Assembly (NCBI RefSeq): GCF_001194135.2
Contig: NC_068983.1
Location: forward strand, 121,155,319-121,219,318
Direction: 5' to 3'
DNA length: 64,000 nt
From: Octopus bimaculoides
Lineage: Eukaryota
A program made the position numbers and the translations under genes. This document shows positions 26,547 through 38,893 of the stretch, piece after piece; within the stretch, counting starts at the first letter, position 1, and each line of letters begins with the position of its first letter. The notes under the pieces were generated by a model that saw only the letters and a list, made by a program, of their open reading frames with translations, ran no database searches and was not told the DNA's origin.

Positions 26547-26994
26547 CCTTTTTTTTTTTTTTTTTTTTTTTTTTTTNNNNNNNNNNNNNNNNNNNNNNNN
26601 NNNNNNNNNNNNNNNNNNNNNNNNNNNNNNNNNNNNNNNNNNNNNNNNNNNNNNNNNNNNNNNNNNNNNNNNNNNNNNNNNNNNNNNNNNNNNNNNNNNN
26701 NNNNNNNNNNNNNNNNNNNNNNNNNNNNNNNNNNNNNNNNNNNNNNNNNNNNNNNNNNNNNNNNNNNNNNNNNNNNNNNNNNNNNNNNNNNNNNNNNNNN
26801 NNNNNNNNNNNNNNNNNNNNNNNNNNNNNNNNNNNNNNNNNNNNNNNNNNNNNNNNNNNNNNNNNNNNNNNNNNNNNNNNNNNNNNNNNNNNNNNNNNNN
26901 NNNNNNNNNNNNNNNNNNNNNNNNNNNNNNNNNNNNNNNNNNNNNNNNNNNNNNNNNNNNNNNNNNNNNNNNNNNNNNNNNNNNNNNNNNNNNN

Positions 26995-27077
<83 letters not shown>
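26547..27077. repeat. Poly-T, N gap, then (CT)n-(CA)n microsatellite
   Basis: T run before the 26577-26994 gap; (CT)n 26995-27068. Confidence 0.95.
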
Positions 27078-27078
<1 letters not shown>

Positions 27079-27225
27079 TTAGATTGACAAACAGTAGGTT
27101 TGTGGGGTTTTTTTGATATTTTGTTCTTTCTTTCATTTTTTAACCATGACTGCTATGTTTGAGCAGCTGTAATCAATTATTTATTCTTGAATAAATTTTA
27201 ACTTTTTCAATAATAAATTTGCTCG

Positions 27226-27463
27226 ACACGTAAAATACACCATTTTGAGCGTGGCCGTTGCCAATACCGCCTGACTGGCCTTCGTGCCAGTGGCACGTAA
27301 AAGCACCCACTACACTCTCAGAGTGGTTGGCGTTAGGAAGAGCATCCAGCTGTAGAAACTCTGCCAAATCAGATTGGAGCCTGGTGTAGCCATCTGGTTT
27401 CACCAGTCCTCAGTCAAATCGTCCAACCCATGCTAGCATGGAAAGCGGACGTTAAACGACGAT
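27226..27463 (+). mobile_element. Young 5'-truncated (GAT)n-tailed RTE-type element
   Basis: Nearly identical to 22201-22440; CpGs retained; ends ggaaagcggacgttaaacgacgat. Confidence 0.85.
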
Positions 27464-28077
27464 ATAGCTTGTATCATTCTCTTTACTGTCTTTGACTGAT
27501 TTTAGTGATTAGACTGCAGCTACATCATAATAGCACTGTCATATCAACCCCTGTGCTTATCTTAATCTGATATTTACTTAATCTTTTTTCATGAAGATAA
27601 GTTGATGGAGTCCTGTTTGGAGGAGATGCAGTTCTTGATGAGAAACTGCATCTTTTCCAACTTATATTTACTGTTTGACATAAAGGTTTGCGCATACATC
27701 AATACTGATACAGATAGGTACACACTGACACAGTCAAATTGATGTGGTTAACTGACTCACAGAAACTAAACTTAAATAGCCTTTACTGACTAGGTTAAAC
27801 TGAATCCAAATATCCTTAACTAAATTTAGCTGAAGTCCAATATCCTTAACTTACAAGGTTGAACTGAACTCAGATGAGATTTTTGTCATTACAAAAAGTG
27901 ATTTCTTTTACCTTATCATGCCTATTTAATCTAAAAGCCTTCACTTGACTGTGTTGGGATCTGGGAAGAATAAGCTATCAAAATTGTTTGACTAAACTAG
28001 TAATTAGCTCTAGTGGGTGATGTTGAGTAGTTATTTGTTGTTATTTTCATTACTGTGTTTCCATCATTATCAAAGCA

Positions 28078-28751
28078 CGGGAGTGGCTGTGTGGTAAGTA
28101 GCTTGCTTACCAACCACATGGTTGTGGGTTCAGTCCCACTGCGTGGCACCTTGGGCAAGTGTCTTCTACTATAGCCTCAGGCCAACCAAAGCCTTGTGAG
28201 TGAATTTGGTAGACGGAAACTGGAAGAAGCCCGTCGTATATATGTATATATATGTATGTGTGTGTGTCTGTGTTTGTCCTCCCAACATCGCTTGACAACC
28301 GATGCTGGTGTGTTTACATCCCCGTAACTTAGCGGTTCGGCAAAAGAGACCGATAGAATAAGTACTAGGCTTCCAAAGAATAAGTCCTGGGGTCGATTTG
28401 CTCGACTAANNNNNNNNNNGTCCCACTGCGTGGCACCTTGGGCAAGTGTCTTCTACTATAGCCTCAGGCCAACCAAAGCCTTGTGAGTGAATTTGGTAGA
28501 CGGAAACTGGAAGAAGCCCGTCGTATATATGTATATATATGTATGTGTGTGTGTCTGTGTTTGTCCTCCCAACATCGCTTGACAACCGATGCTGGTGTGT
28601 TTACATCCCCGTAACTTAGCGGTTCGGCAAAAGAGACCGATAGAATAAGTACTAGGCTTCCAAAGAATAAGTCCTGGGGTCGATTTGCTCGACTAAAGGC
28701 GGCACTCCAGCATGGCCGCAGTCAAATGACTGAAACAAGTAAAAGAGTAAA
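28078..28751 (+). mobile_element. tRNA-derived SINE, family 2 (gggagtggctgtgtggtaag head, internal TA/TG microsatellite); one copy with an artefactual internal duplication
   Basis: tRNA-like head with B-box-like gggttcagtccc, central ccttgggcaagtgtctt domain, tail gactaaaggcggcactccagcatggccgcagtc...gaaacaagtaaaagagtaaag. 28133-28409 is identical to 28420-28696 across a 10-N gap. Confidence 0.85.
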
Positions 28752-29616
28752 GCATTTATATTCATCAGCATTCATTATCATGTTTGTTGTCATGAACATT
28801 CTTATTCATTATCAACCCCCTACCACTGCTATCATCAATGTTCATCATCATCATCATCATCATCATTAGCATTCGCTGTCATATTTCTCGTCATCTTTAT
28901 TCACTGTCAACATCACTACACCACCATCAGCATCGTTGTTCATTATCTTTGTTACTCCCATCACCATTATCATCATCATTATGGTAATAGCTGTTTATTT
29001 TTTTTACATATACTGCTGTAATTAGTAAATCTTCCATTCACCCTACTTTCCTCTTTCCCCACCTATTCTCTCAATTGTATTATAAATCAAAAAGACTTCA
29101 CTGCTATTGTAACAACAAGAGAAAGTTTGATTATATATCACTGAATCATGCTCATTTCTTTCTTCTTCACTTGTAGATTCTTAAATGTAACTCCCAGTCT
29201 TAGCTAGCATTCTCCCCCATATCCTTTCCACTTGTTTTCAATCAACAGCTTCCCCCAAAAATACACTGTTACCTCATACTCAGCACTTCTTTATTCCCTT
29301 TGGTTGTATTCTTGATTGCTTTCATGTTTGTAACCATTTCTTATAGTACCACTTCTATCTTCATTCTTTCATTTGCTTATACCTCTGACCGTCTATACTG
29401 TCACTCAACAAATTCAGTATAACACCTATGTCTCCCTCAAATCATGCACTACTACCTTAAGAAAGAACACATTGGACAATGTGGTTAATTAATTAAAAAC
29501 TGAAAGATTCTAAATATTATTTTCTCAGTACATTGTTTCCCACAAGAAATTCTTATTTTTGTAATCTTCAAGGAACACCAATTTTCCAGTCGCTGCATAG
29601 ATAATTATTATTATTA

Positions 29617-29865
29617 TCATTTTATGTTTGACTTTTGCTTTGCATTTGTACAAGTTGGATCCAAGTCTCACCAAGAGACAACAAGTTAGAAGTTCATGTA
29701 GGTGTTATGCCTAGGGTACCATATATTTGGATTTGTACATAGTGTTGTTCTAGAGAATGTTTAAGAAACCATAAGAAAATTATGTGTTTGTTTTAAAATT
29801 TGAGATCACATAGACAGTATTTTACGTAGGATATGGGCAGTTCCCATGAGCACTATCTTTTGAAC
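29617..29865 (-). mobile_element. 5'-truncated R4/Dong-clade non-LTR retrotransposon inserted in (TAA)n
   Basis: Minus strand 29865-29806 encodes VQKIVLMGTAHILRKILSM*, matching the R4/Dong C-terminal QKxxLLGTAxILRKVL motif, followed by a ~190-nt 3' UTR. (TAA)n lies on both sides in element orientation (29866-29901 and 29605-29616). Confidence 0.8.
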
Positions 29866-29902
<37 letters not shown>

Positions 29903-30089
29903 GGCAGCAAGCTGGCTGAAATGCTCAGCAGTATTTCACTTGTCACTACATTCTAAATTCTGCTGAGGTCGACTTTACCATTCATCATTTCAGGATCGAT
30001 AAATTAAGTACCAGTGAAACACTGGGGATCAATGTAATCGGCTGGTTCCCTCCCCAAAAATTTGAAGCCTTATGTCTCCTGTAGAAAGA

Positions 30090-30124
<35 letters not shown>

Positions 30125-30610
30125 TTTCATTGTCTTTTTTTATCATTTCATTATATGTAAACCTCCCATACTTTATGTCTGTCCTTACATTGTCCACCTC
30201 GTTCTTTGCCCTGGTGTATGGTCCTGAGTTCAAATTCTGCCAAGGTTGACTTTGCCTTTCATCCTTTTGGAGTCAATAAAATAAGTACCAGTTGAGTACT
30301 GGGGTTAATGTAAATGATTTACCTCCGCCCCCCCAAAAAAAACTTGTTGGCCTTGTGCCAAAATTTGAAACCATTATCATCATCATCATCATCATCATCA
30401 TTTTTATTGCAATGAATTAGTAAGATCATTACAGACTTTAGCAAAATGCCTTGAGGTTATTTGTTCAGAGCTTTACATTCTGAGTTCAAATTCCACCAAG
30501 GTCAGCTTTATCTTCCATTCTTTCAGAAGTACTGGGGTCAATATAATCAACTGTTTCCTCTCTACCAAAATTTGAGGCCTTATGCCTATGTAAGAAACCC
30601 TTATTATTAT
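29903..30610 (+). mobile_element. Three head-to-tail copies of SINE family 4 with (ATT/ATC)n tails
   Basis: Copies at ~29903-30123, ~30222-30402 and ~30410-30610 share (ctgagtt)caaatt(c/t).gc..aggt.gactt...ttcat..ttt...aagtaccag...ctgggg..aatgtaa. Confidence 0.75.
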
Positions 30611-31502
30611 TGACTACTCTTATGAAACAAGAAGGCTAGATTGAATATTTCTACATAGCAATTTTTTTAGATTATCTTAAAAGTTGTTTACATTGAATAT
30701 TTACTGTTATGAAGTGAATCTAAAAAGCTGAAATCATTGTATCTAACCCAGTATTTGTTTTGTCTGTATGTGTAGTTACTGATATGTGTATTATCTATAT
30801 ATATTAGTATATATGTCCTTTTTTGTTGTAATTGGGTATTTGCTGTCAATTAATTATGTTTAATTATAAACTATATGCATCACTTAAACTTGTTTAAATT
30901 TCCATTTGATTGATTTTATATGATTTTGACAAATTTCTAAAAACTGTAAGGAAGACGTTTGTTTAACTTGCCTGTTTATAAAAATTGTATTTAAATCTGA
31001 ATTAAAAATTTAGTTTTTGGACTGTTAAACATTATCTCCTGAGAGTATTTTTTCAATATTTATTCCAACACTGTGGTTTGAGCAGTTAGGTATTTTTTCA
31101 TCATTAGGTGTCCTGATATGTATATTGTCCAAACTGGATTTCAAATTACAAACATATAATCCACTAAGCCACTAGTGCATCTATTTGAGACCATGTAAAT
31201 ATTCAGAAATAAGACACCTGATAAAAATTGAAGATTTTACTGTTTTCGATACCAGCCCAGCTGAGAACACCACCACCCCCTCATTCTACAATACAAACAT
31301 TTTGTTTTAAAGTGAACTTAATTAAAAAAAAATCCAACAAAATTTCATGTTATTAGTTTTTGTTCTAAACACCGGCTTGATACTGATAAAATTATTTTTA
31401 CCAAATTCTTCATTATTTTCAAAATTGATTGAAGTAAAGGCAACATATTTCAACAGCAATATGATAACAAAATGGTTAAACTGATCAAAAGATTGTGTAG
31501 CT

Positions 31503-32090
31503 ATCATCATCACCGTCATCGTTTAACGTCTGCTTTCCATGCTAGCATGGGTTGGACGATTTGACTGAGGACTGAGCAAGCCAGTAGGCTGCCCCAGGCT
31601 CCAATCTGATCTGGCAGAGTTTCTACAGCTGGATGCCCTTCCTAACGCCAGCCATTCCGAGAGTGTAGTGGGTGCTTTTACGTGCCACCTGCACGGGAGC
31701 CAGTCCAGCAGCACTGGCAACGGCCTCGCTCGAATGATTTTCTAACATGCCACCAGCATAAGTGCTAGAAGGCAACGCTGGTAACAATTAAACTCTAATG
31801 GTGTTATTTACGGGCCACTAGCACGGAAGCCAGATACCTGCTTTGGCAATGAACACGCTCGACAGTGCTGTTAGTGCTCCACTGGCGCGGTGACAAGTCA
31901 TCGAGTATAGTTCAATTAAGATTTCACTTGCCCCAACAGGTCTTCGCAAGCAGAGTTTAGTGTCCAATGAAGGAGAGGTTGGCATGGGTGCCAGTCATCA
32001 GATTCGGTTCAATTTCAATTCAGATTTCAAATTTCAAATTCCAAATTCACTTGCCTCAACAGGTCTTTGCAAGCAGGGTTTTTAGTGTCT
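31503..32090 (-). mobile_element. Long (GAT)n-tailed RTE-type 3' element with internal tandem units
   Basis: Begins catcatcaccgtcatcgtttaacgtctgctttccatgctagcatgggttgg; has two units cacttgcc(c/t)caacaggtctt(c/t)gcaagcag.gttt.tagtgtc.aatgaag; reverse complement of the 21885-22450 family. Confidence 0.8.
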
Positions 32091-34269
32091 AATGAAGTAA
32101 AGATACGGATTAGTGAGCTGGCTAGATATCGTAAATACACATTCTAATGATGAGATTAAGAGTTGGGAAAATTATAATCGAAATTATAAGAGCTCATCAC
32201 AAACATTCAGATATTAAATCAGGATGATGGTAATTTTTGTATAAGGATAAAAATTTGTGTTTGTGTGTGTGTGTGTGTGTGTGAATTAAAGAGTTTTTTT
32301 CATTTTTAATTTTACTGATGGTATTCATCATATTTTTGAATAACTTTCAATCTTCCTTGTCTAGAAAGCCTAAAACATAGAATTTATGGTAGTCCGGACC
32401 AACTTACAACTTTATTGCATTAATAGTGTAGATTGTGTCTGTTCAAGTTTAGTATTTAGTCTTTCTGAAATTCTGAAATATTCTTTTAGTTTTAATTGAC
32501 TCCATGACTGTTTATTTTCTGTTTTGCCTTGTAATTTTCTCAATAGTTGTTTATCAGTCTTGTAATTAACTAAATGATTATTAGTTTTGAATACATAAGA
32601 CTCTACCTCCAACATACTACACACATATTTCGGAAAGTATTATGCAATTATATAACTTTGGTTTAATGTTAATTAAATTCATTATCTTCCAATCAAATGG
32701 CTATAAGGAAATCTCTCAATAGGGAAAAATACAGTGAAGTAAAATTCTTAATAGTAAATGAGTGTCCTTTGAAAGATCAATCAAATATGGTTTTATAACC
32801 ATTTTATTTCATCATTCTGCTACTGAGAAAGCAATGTGAGTTCTTCAGTGAAATAAGAAACAAATGAACAAATTGTATTGCTACAGCCTTAACAAAAATT
32901 ATGTTGGTGTATTGGAAGATTTGTAGATAAATTTAGGTATACAAATGTTTAAGCAACTTAATTTAACTTATAGTCAGCATTTTACTATATTCTCTGAAGC
33001 CAAATAACATGTAGTTATATCATTAAATAGCAAAAGCATGAATTGTAAGATGATTTGTCCTCAAATTTATAATGGAAAGGATTTTGGTATTTATTGGGTC
33101 CTATCTGTATTTTCATTCTTCTTACCCTGATGCCATTAACATATAGTTGAAGCCTACTTTTCACAGTCAGTCTTTGGTACTTACTTGTTGTTTAATGCAT
33201 TTAGCATATGCTGTTTCTTGAATTATTATATCGAAAATTATCTTGTGCTACTAAATACAAACATCTGCCTAAAAAGATATTAATTTCTTAACCTACAGAT
33301 GGTTTAGATATGTGTTGACAGCTGTGTTGAAACTGCTTCTAATCTTGATTCTCGTAAGAGAATCATGCTAACTAGATTATATCTGAGGATATCATCACTA
33401 ATAACAACTACCTTGTCATCAGTAGTGTCATTACTGAGAAACAAATTTAGTGCAGTTTAGAGACTGCACAGAAAGGAGAGCCTTATGACTGTAACTGAAT
33501 CATCGTAGAAGATCTGCTACTGGAGACAAAGTGTAACAGATGTTATACTGCTTACATCTGCAACTGATTGATTAACTTGTGATATTCTTTTCCAGCTGCA
33601 GTAATTAGGTCTACAATTTAACTTCTGATTTGTTATATATTTGAACAACTCGTTGCTTGACCCAGAAGAAAAAAAATGAACCTTCTACATCTGGAAAAAG
33701 TTTAAGGATTGTGCTCTATTCATGAATGCACTTGTCTCATTCACTTGACGTTCCATTAAAACTAACTTTAAATATAAATAATGATATTCTTTTATTTAGG
33801 CACATGCCTGCCTGGTATTTTATTAACATCTTCCTAGGTACCATAAGATGTATGTCACACCTCTTGGTTATTGTAATCAGGAATGTGAGACATCAAAGTA
33901 AATACCATTAGTGCATCTCTCTAGATATAAATAACTCAAGCAGAATATTACTGGTACATATGGTATGAGAGATTCTTGAACTGCACTTAGAACTGTTTGA
34001 TAGTAAAGCAAATGCATCAGTTATCTCAGCCTACCTATATGAGGATAATTTGTTACAGTTATGTTCAAAGTTCCTTTGATATTACTGGTATGTGAGCCTA
34101 GTATGCAACCAACACTTTATACACTTCAGGAAGATGCAGAGTGCTTAGATTAAAGCTGATACTGATAAGGTTTAAAATTTTTAAAAAGTGGAGCCTGGGC
34201 TTTGAAATTAGAAGAAGGCTTTCAGCAAGCCTCCATTATCATCATCATCATCATTTTAAAATTTTAAAA

Positions 34270-34430
34270 TTTTTACTTCTTTCAGTCATTTGACTGTGGC
34301 CATGCTGGGGCACTACCTTGAGGAATTCTTATTCAAGGTAATCAACCCCGATACTTATTTTTAAGACCGGTACTTATTCTACCAGTTCTTTTGCTGAACC
34401 ATTAAGTTACAGGGATGTAAACAAACATAG
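34270..34430 (-). mobile_element. 3' half of SINE family 2, diverged
   Basis: ttttacttctttcagtcatttgactgtggccatgctggggcac...gtacttattc...gctgaaccattaagttacagggatgtaaac. Confidence 0.7.
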
Positions 34431-35885
34431 ATACATAGGTATATACAGGTATGTATGTATATATGTATATATGTGTGTGTGTGTGTGTATGCATGCATGC
34501 GTGTATATATAGATACAAATAGATATAAATAAAAAATACACATTACGTACAGGACAAAATACCAAAAGAAGTCTAACTCCTCCTCAGTTGTCGACTATTT
34601 ATTGCTTCCTATTTTGAGCTTTCAACAACAAGATAGGAAAACTTCATGAGACAGCAGCAACCTATATATATATATATATATATATATNNNNNNNNNNNNN
34701 NNNNNNNNNNNNNNNNNNNNNNNNNNNNNNNNNNNNNNNNNNNNNNNNNNNNNNNNNNNNNNNNNNNNNNNNNNNNNNNNNNNNNNNNNNNNNNNNNNNN
34801 NNNNNNNNNNNNNNNNNNNNNNNNNNNNNNNNNNNNNNNNNNNNNNNNNNNNNNNNNNNNNNNNNNNNNNNNNNNNNNNNNNNNNNNNNNNNNNNNNNNN
34901 NNNNNNNNNNNNNNNNNNNNNNNNNNNNNNNNNNNNNNNNNNNNNNNNNNNNNNNNNNNNNNNNNNNNNNNNNNNNNNNNNNNNNNNNNNNNNNNNNNNN
35001 NNNNNNNNNNNNNNNNNNNNNNNNNNNNNNNNNNNNNNNNNNNNNNNNNNNNNNNNNNNNNNNNNNNNNNNNNNNNNNNNNNNNNNNNNNNNNNNNNNNN
35101 NNNNNNNNNNNNNNNNNNNNNNNNNNNNNNNNNNNNNNNNNNNNNNNNNNNNNNNNNNNNNNNNNNNNNNNNNNNNNNNNNNNNNNNNNNNNNNNNNNNN
35201 NNNNNNNNNNNNNNNNNNNNNNNNNNNNNNNNNNNNNNNNNNNNNNNNNNNNNNNNNNNNNNNNNNNNNNNNNNNNNNNNNNNNNNNNNNNNNNNNNNNN
35301 NNNNNNNNNNNNNNNNNNNNNNNNNNNNNNNNNNNNNNNNNNNNNNNNNNNNNNNNNNNNNNNNNNNNNNNNNNNNNNNNNNNNNNNNNNNNNNNNNNNN
35401 NNNNNNNNNNNNNNNNNNNNNNNNNNNNNNNNNNNNNNNNNNNNNNNNNNNNNNNNNNNNNNNNNNNNNNNNNNNNNNNNNNNNNNNNNNNNNNNNNNNN
35501 NNNNNNNNNNNNNNNNNNNNNNNNNNNNNNNNNNNNNNNNNNNNNNNNNNNNNNNNNAATTTTCACTTAAATGTCTGATAGCTAAAATATAGCAAATTTC
35601 TTTTCTTTTTTTTATTTCTTTTCTGTGATTTTTTTTGTCATTTTTTTTCTTTTTTCCCATCATCTTCAAATCATGTTGTTGTTGTTAGTAGTAGTAGTAG
35701 TAGTAGTAGTTAATCATTTTATTTTTCCTGATAACAATTAGAGCTTGTGTTGCTGACAGGAGTAACCTGCTGGGGAATCTCTGTCTCTGTCTCAATGTTT
35801 ATGTATGTGTGTATAGTGTGTGTGTGTATGTCTGTGTATGTATGTATGTATGTATGTATGTATGTATGTGAATATNNNNNNNNNN

Positions 35886-35920
<35 letters not shown>

Positions 35921-37014
35921 TATATATGTGTGTGTCTGTGTGTGGAGAGAGAAAGAGAAATATTCTTATCTAGTTAATTTGTCTCTTTGTCTCATTTTCC
36001 TTGCCATACAGTCTCCCCTACCTCACCCTTTCTCACCACTCTCAACAACCTCTTTATTCTTTTCTTTTTAGTCTCTCTTTTCCCTAGACTCTATCCTTCT
36101 CTCCCCTCTGATCCGCCACCACAATCAATGATAATGTTTTCTATTCAAACTGCCATCCTATTACACTATCTTATGATGGGATGATTACATTATAATATAG
36201 AAAATAAAACCTTACTTGGACTGAAGCCATATTCTTTCACCTCACCCTTGGGTTATAGACAAATATTCTGCTCTTTAAATTTGATATATATGGAAATAAA
36301 AATAAAGATTCATTAACTTGAATCCTACTTAGTTTGTTATTTACATCCTGTTATCTTGGAAGATTCCATTAATGAACAAGGAAAATATTCATGTTTTTTT
36401 TTTGTTTGTTTTTTCCAGAGCAACTGTCTATAGTCTCTCTTTCTTTTCATTTTTTTTTTTTTTTTTTACAAATGTTTCTGCATTTGTTGTTAAGAATTCT
36501 GAATCTTTCTCTTTGATGTGTTGTCTTTTGTCTCTGAAATTTGTATTTCAGCCATTCTAAAGAAGCTGGTATTATCATAAGAATGAAATCTAGGTCATTT
36601 CTTTGTTTCTGCTGCCTTTATTATTTTTTTCTTGTATTGTTTGTCTGGCTTTCTCTGTACCAAGTAAAGACTATTGAGAGTGTGTTATTGTATGCCAGTG
36701 AAATAGAGGCAATAAATGCAAAGGAATTGCAGAAGTTTTGGGAGAAATGAATGTGCAGGCCAAAGTATATGCATACGAGAATCTAAAAGAAATGCTTTAC
36801 TAAAAAAAAGGACTGAAGAAGTAGCTGAATAGGAAAGACTTCAGCATGTGACACAACTGTTTTGGTTGATGTATTGTCCCAGGTTAGCTTCAATCTACAG
36901 ACATATGATCAACAGTATTCCAGTCATGACAGTTCTACCTCACTTTTACAGACCACATTATTCAACAGTGTAGTGGTGTTTTTGAGGGATTTGCCTACTA
37001 TGTACAGAAGGCTA

Positions 37015-37396
37015 GTGGAGGTGCAATGGCCCAGTGGTTAGGGCAGTGGACTCGCGGTCATAGGATCGCGGTTTTGATTCCCAGACCGGGCGTTGTGAGT
37101 GTTTATTGAGCGAAAACACCTAAAGCTCCACGAGGCTCCGGCAGGGGATGGTGGTGAACCCTACTGTACTCTTCCACCACAACTTTCTCTCACTCTTTCT
37201 TCCTGTTTCTATTGTACCTGTATTTCAAAGGGTCAGTCTTGTCACACTGTGTCACGCTGAATATCTCTGAGAACTACGTTAAGGGTACACGTGTCTGTGG
37301 AGTGCTCAGCCACTTGCACGTTAATTTCATGAGCAGGCTTTTCCGTTGATCGGATCAACTGGAACCCTCGATGTCGTAAGCGACGGAGTGCCAACA
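37015..37396 (+). mobile_element. Full-length young tRNA-derived SINE, family 1, with TSD (resembles the described octopus OK/OR SINEs; family name unconfirmed)
   Basis: A box TGGCCCAGTGG, B-box-like GGTTTTGATTCC, (CAA)n tail; 11-bp TSD ACAGAAGGCTA at 37004-37014 and 37397-37407. Confidence 0.9.
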
Positions 37397-37496
37397 ACAG
37401 AAGGCTAATCTTTCTATGTTGATTTCTTGAGATGGCAGGCCTAGCCACAGTGGCTGCAAGAGTAATTCAGCTCTGAGTTCAATACATGTGTCACTA

Positions 37497-37546
<50 letters not shown>

Positions 37547-38289
37547 NNNNNNNNNNNNNNNNNNNNNNNNNNNNNNNNNNNNNNNNNNNNNNNNNNNNNN
37601 NNNNNNNNNNNNNNNNNNNNNNNNNNNNNNNNNNNNNNNNNNNNNNNNNNNNNNNNNNNNNNNNACACACACACACACACATGGTGTTCTTAAAGAATGA
37701 GATGGACTGGCAATTATTGTGTCACCAATCTTCACAATTGGAGCCTGAAGTAGACCTCACCAAAAATAGTCACTGTAACAGGCATCACAAAATTTCTTCA
37801 GAGATTTTACTTCTTCTCTTCAGTGTCTCTCTGCTACAATGGCCCCCATAGAGGTCATCATTCAGCACAATCTTGGGCAGGTAAAGATACTCCACCCTAG
37901 AAACACGCTCTACCTACTGCAGCTACAACCTTAGCCTCAATGCTGGTGGGTTTTACTTATTCATGAACATCTGTATTGGTAACAAAATCACTTGAATGGG
38001 TTGTTGAAGACTGTGTGGAAACACTGAAGCAGTTGTATGTAACAATGGTGATTTGGAACTGTGCCTTTTCTTTGATTCTTGCTGCTCCAGGCATTTGTTT
38101 TGTACAGTCTGCCAAAGATGAAATATTGTTATTTTATTAGAACATTTAAATACGAGGAAACAGGAAAGAAAAGATGTAAGAAAGAAAAGAGGAAAAAAAA
38201 TATAGGGGATAAGGCAGCAGAAGATGGAGTGGGAAGGGATGATGGGTCACATACCCCAGAACAAATGGGGTGCTCATCCACACCCTGCA

Positions 38290-38600
38290 GTAATGACCAT
38301 GAGGGTGTTGTTGTGGAGAATGGCCATTGACACTTGCTGCAGCAGCCACTTCACCTCACAGTTCTCATTTCTCTGACAGGTGGCTGTTATCCCTATTTTG
38401 TGGAAGAAATTGTTAGTATGGAATCCGAGAGTGTTTTCAACCTTTGTCTGTGTGCTATTGACCTCTTTGTTGATCTTGGCATATGACCTTTTTTCACAGT
38501 TTTCATCTACCAAATTCCACTCAGTATTAGTCAATTCAAGATTATAGTGGTAGACAATTGCCCAAAGTATCATGCAGTAGGCTTGAGCCTCAACTACATT
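38290..38600 (-). mobile_element. Remnant of a restriction-like-endonuclease C-terminus of a CRE-type non-LTR element
   Basis: ORF 38274-38633: ENCEKRSYAKI...VENTLGFHTNNFFHKIGI...EVKWLLQQVSMAILHNNT, resembling E..K..KY..L...VETLG.....F...IG......L.QRxSVAxQRGN. Confidence 0.4.
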
Positions 38601-38893
38601 GTTTTGAAGCAAACTGTTTAACGACACAATCATGCCTTTTTTTAAACTTATAGTGTTGAGTTCAGGTCATCCTGAGATCTTGACCTATCATTGAATGGGG
38701 TTGGGTAGTATAAAAACATTTACACTATTGACCTAGTTATTGCTTCTGTTGCTTTTATTTTATTTTCTGTAAGAATGTAGGCCAGTGTTTGTAGCTTTGA
38801 AGAGCCCCCTGCACTAGCTGATTCAGTTAACGCCAAAAGTCACTTTCTGTAAATGTTAACATTACATTTTCGTACTTTATCTATTTTTTCCAG

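Larger units (their letters stand above)
1626..38893 (+). other. 37,268-nt GT-AG intron of the PKC gene, phase 1
   Basis: The flanking exons join in frame (AAA G|TC CTA GAA GCA = K-V-L-E-A); no intervening PKC-like coding sequence was recognised. Confidence 0.88.

Noticed and set aside
28133-28696. Apparent SINE dimer (277-bp exact repeat)
   Set aside because: Identical copies straddle a 10-N placeholder gap; assembly artefact.
33299-33353. Candidate cassette exon (acctacag ... GTAAG) in the long intron
   Set aside because: 55 nt is not a multiple of 3, there is an in-frame TGA after five codons, and no PKC-like content; unsupported without RNA data.
37015-37090. tRNA gene calls for SINE heads (also 55640-55710 and 62170-62245)
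   Set aside because: A and B boxes are present, but they continue into a shared SINE body with tail and TSD and lack a proper cloverleaf and terminator.
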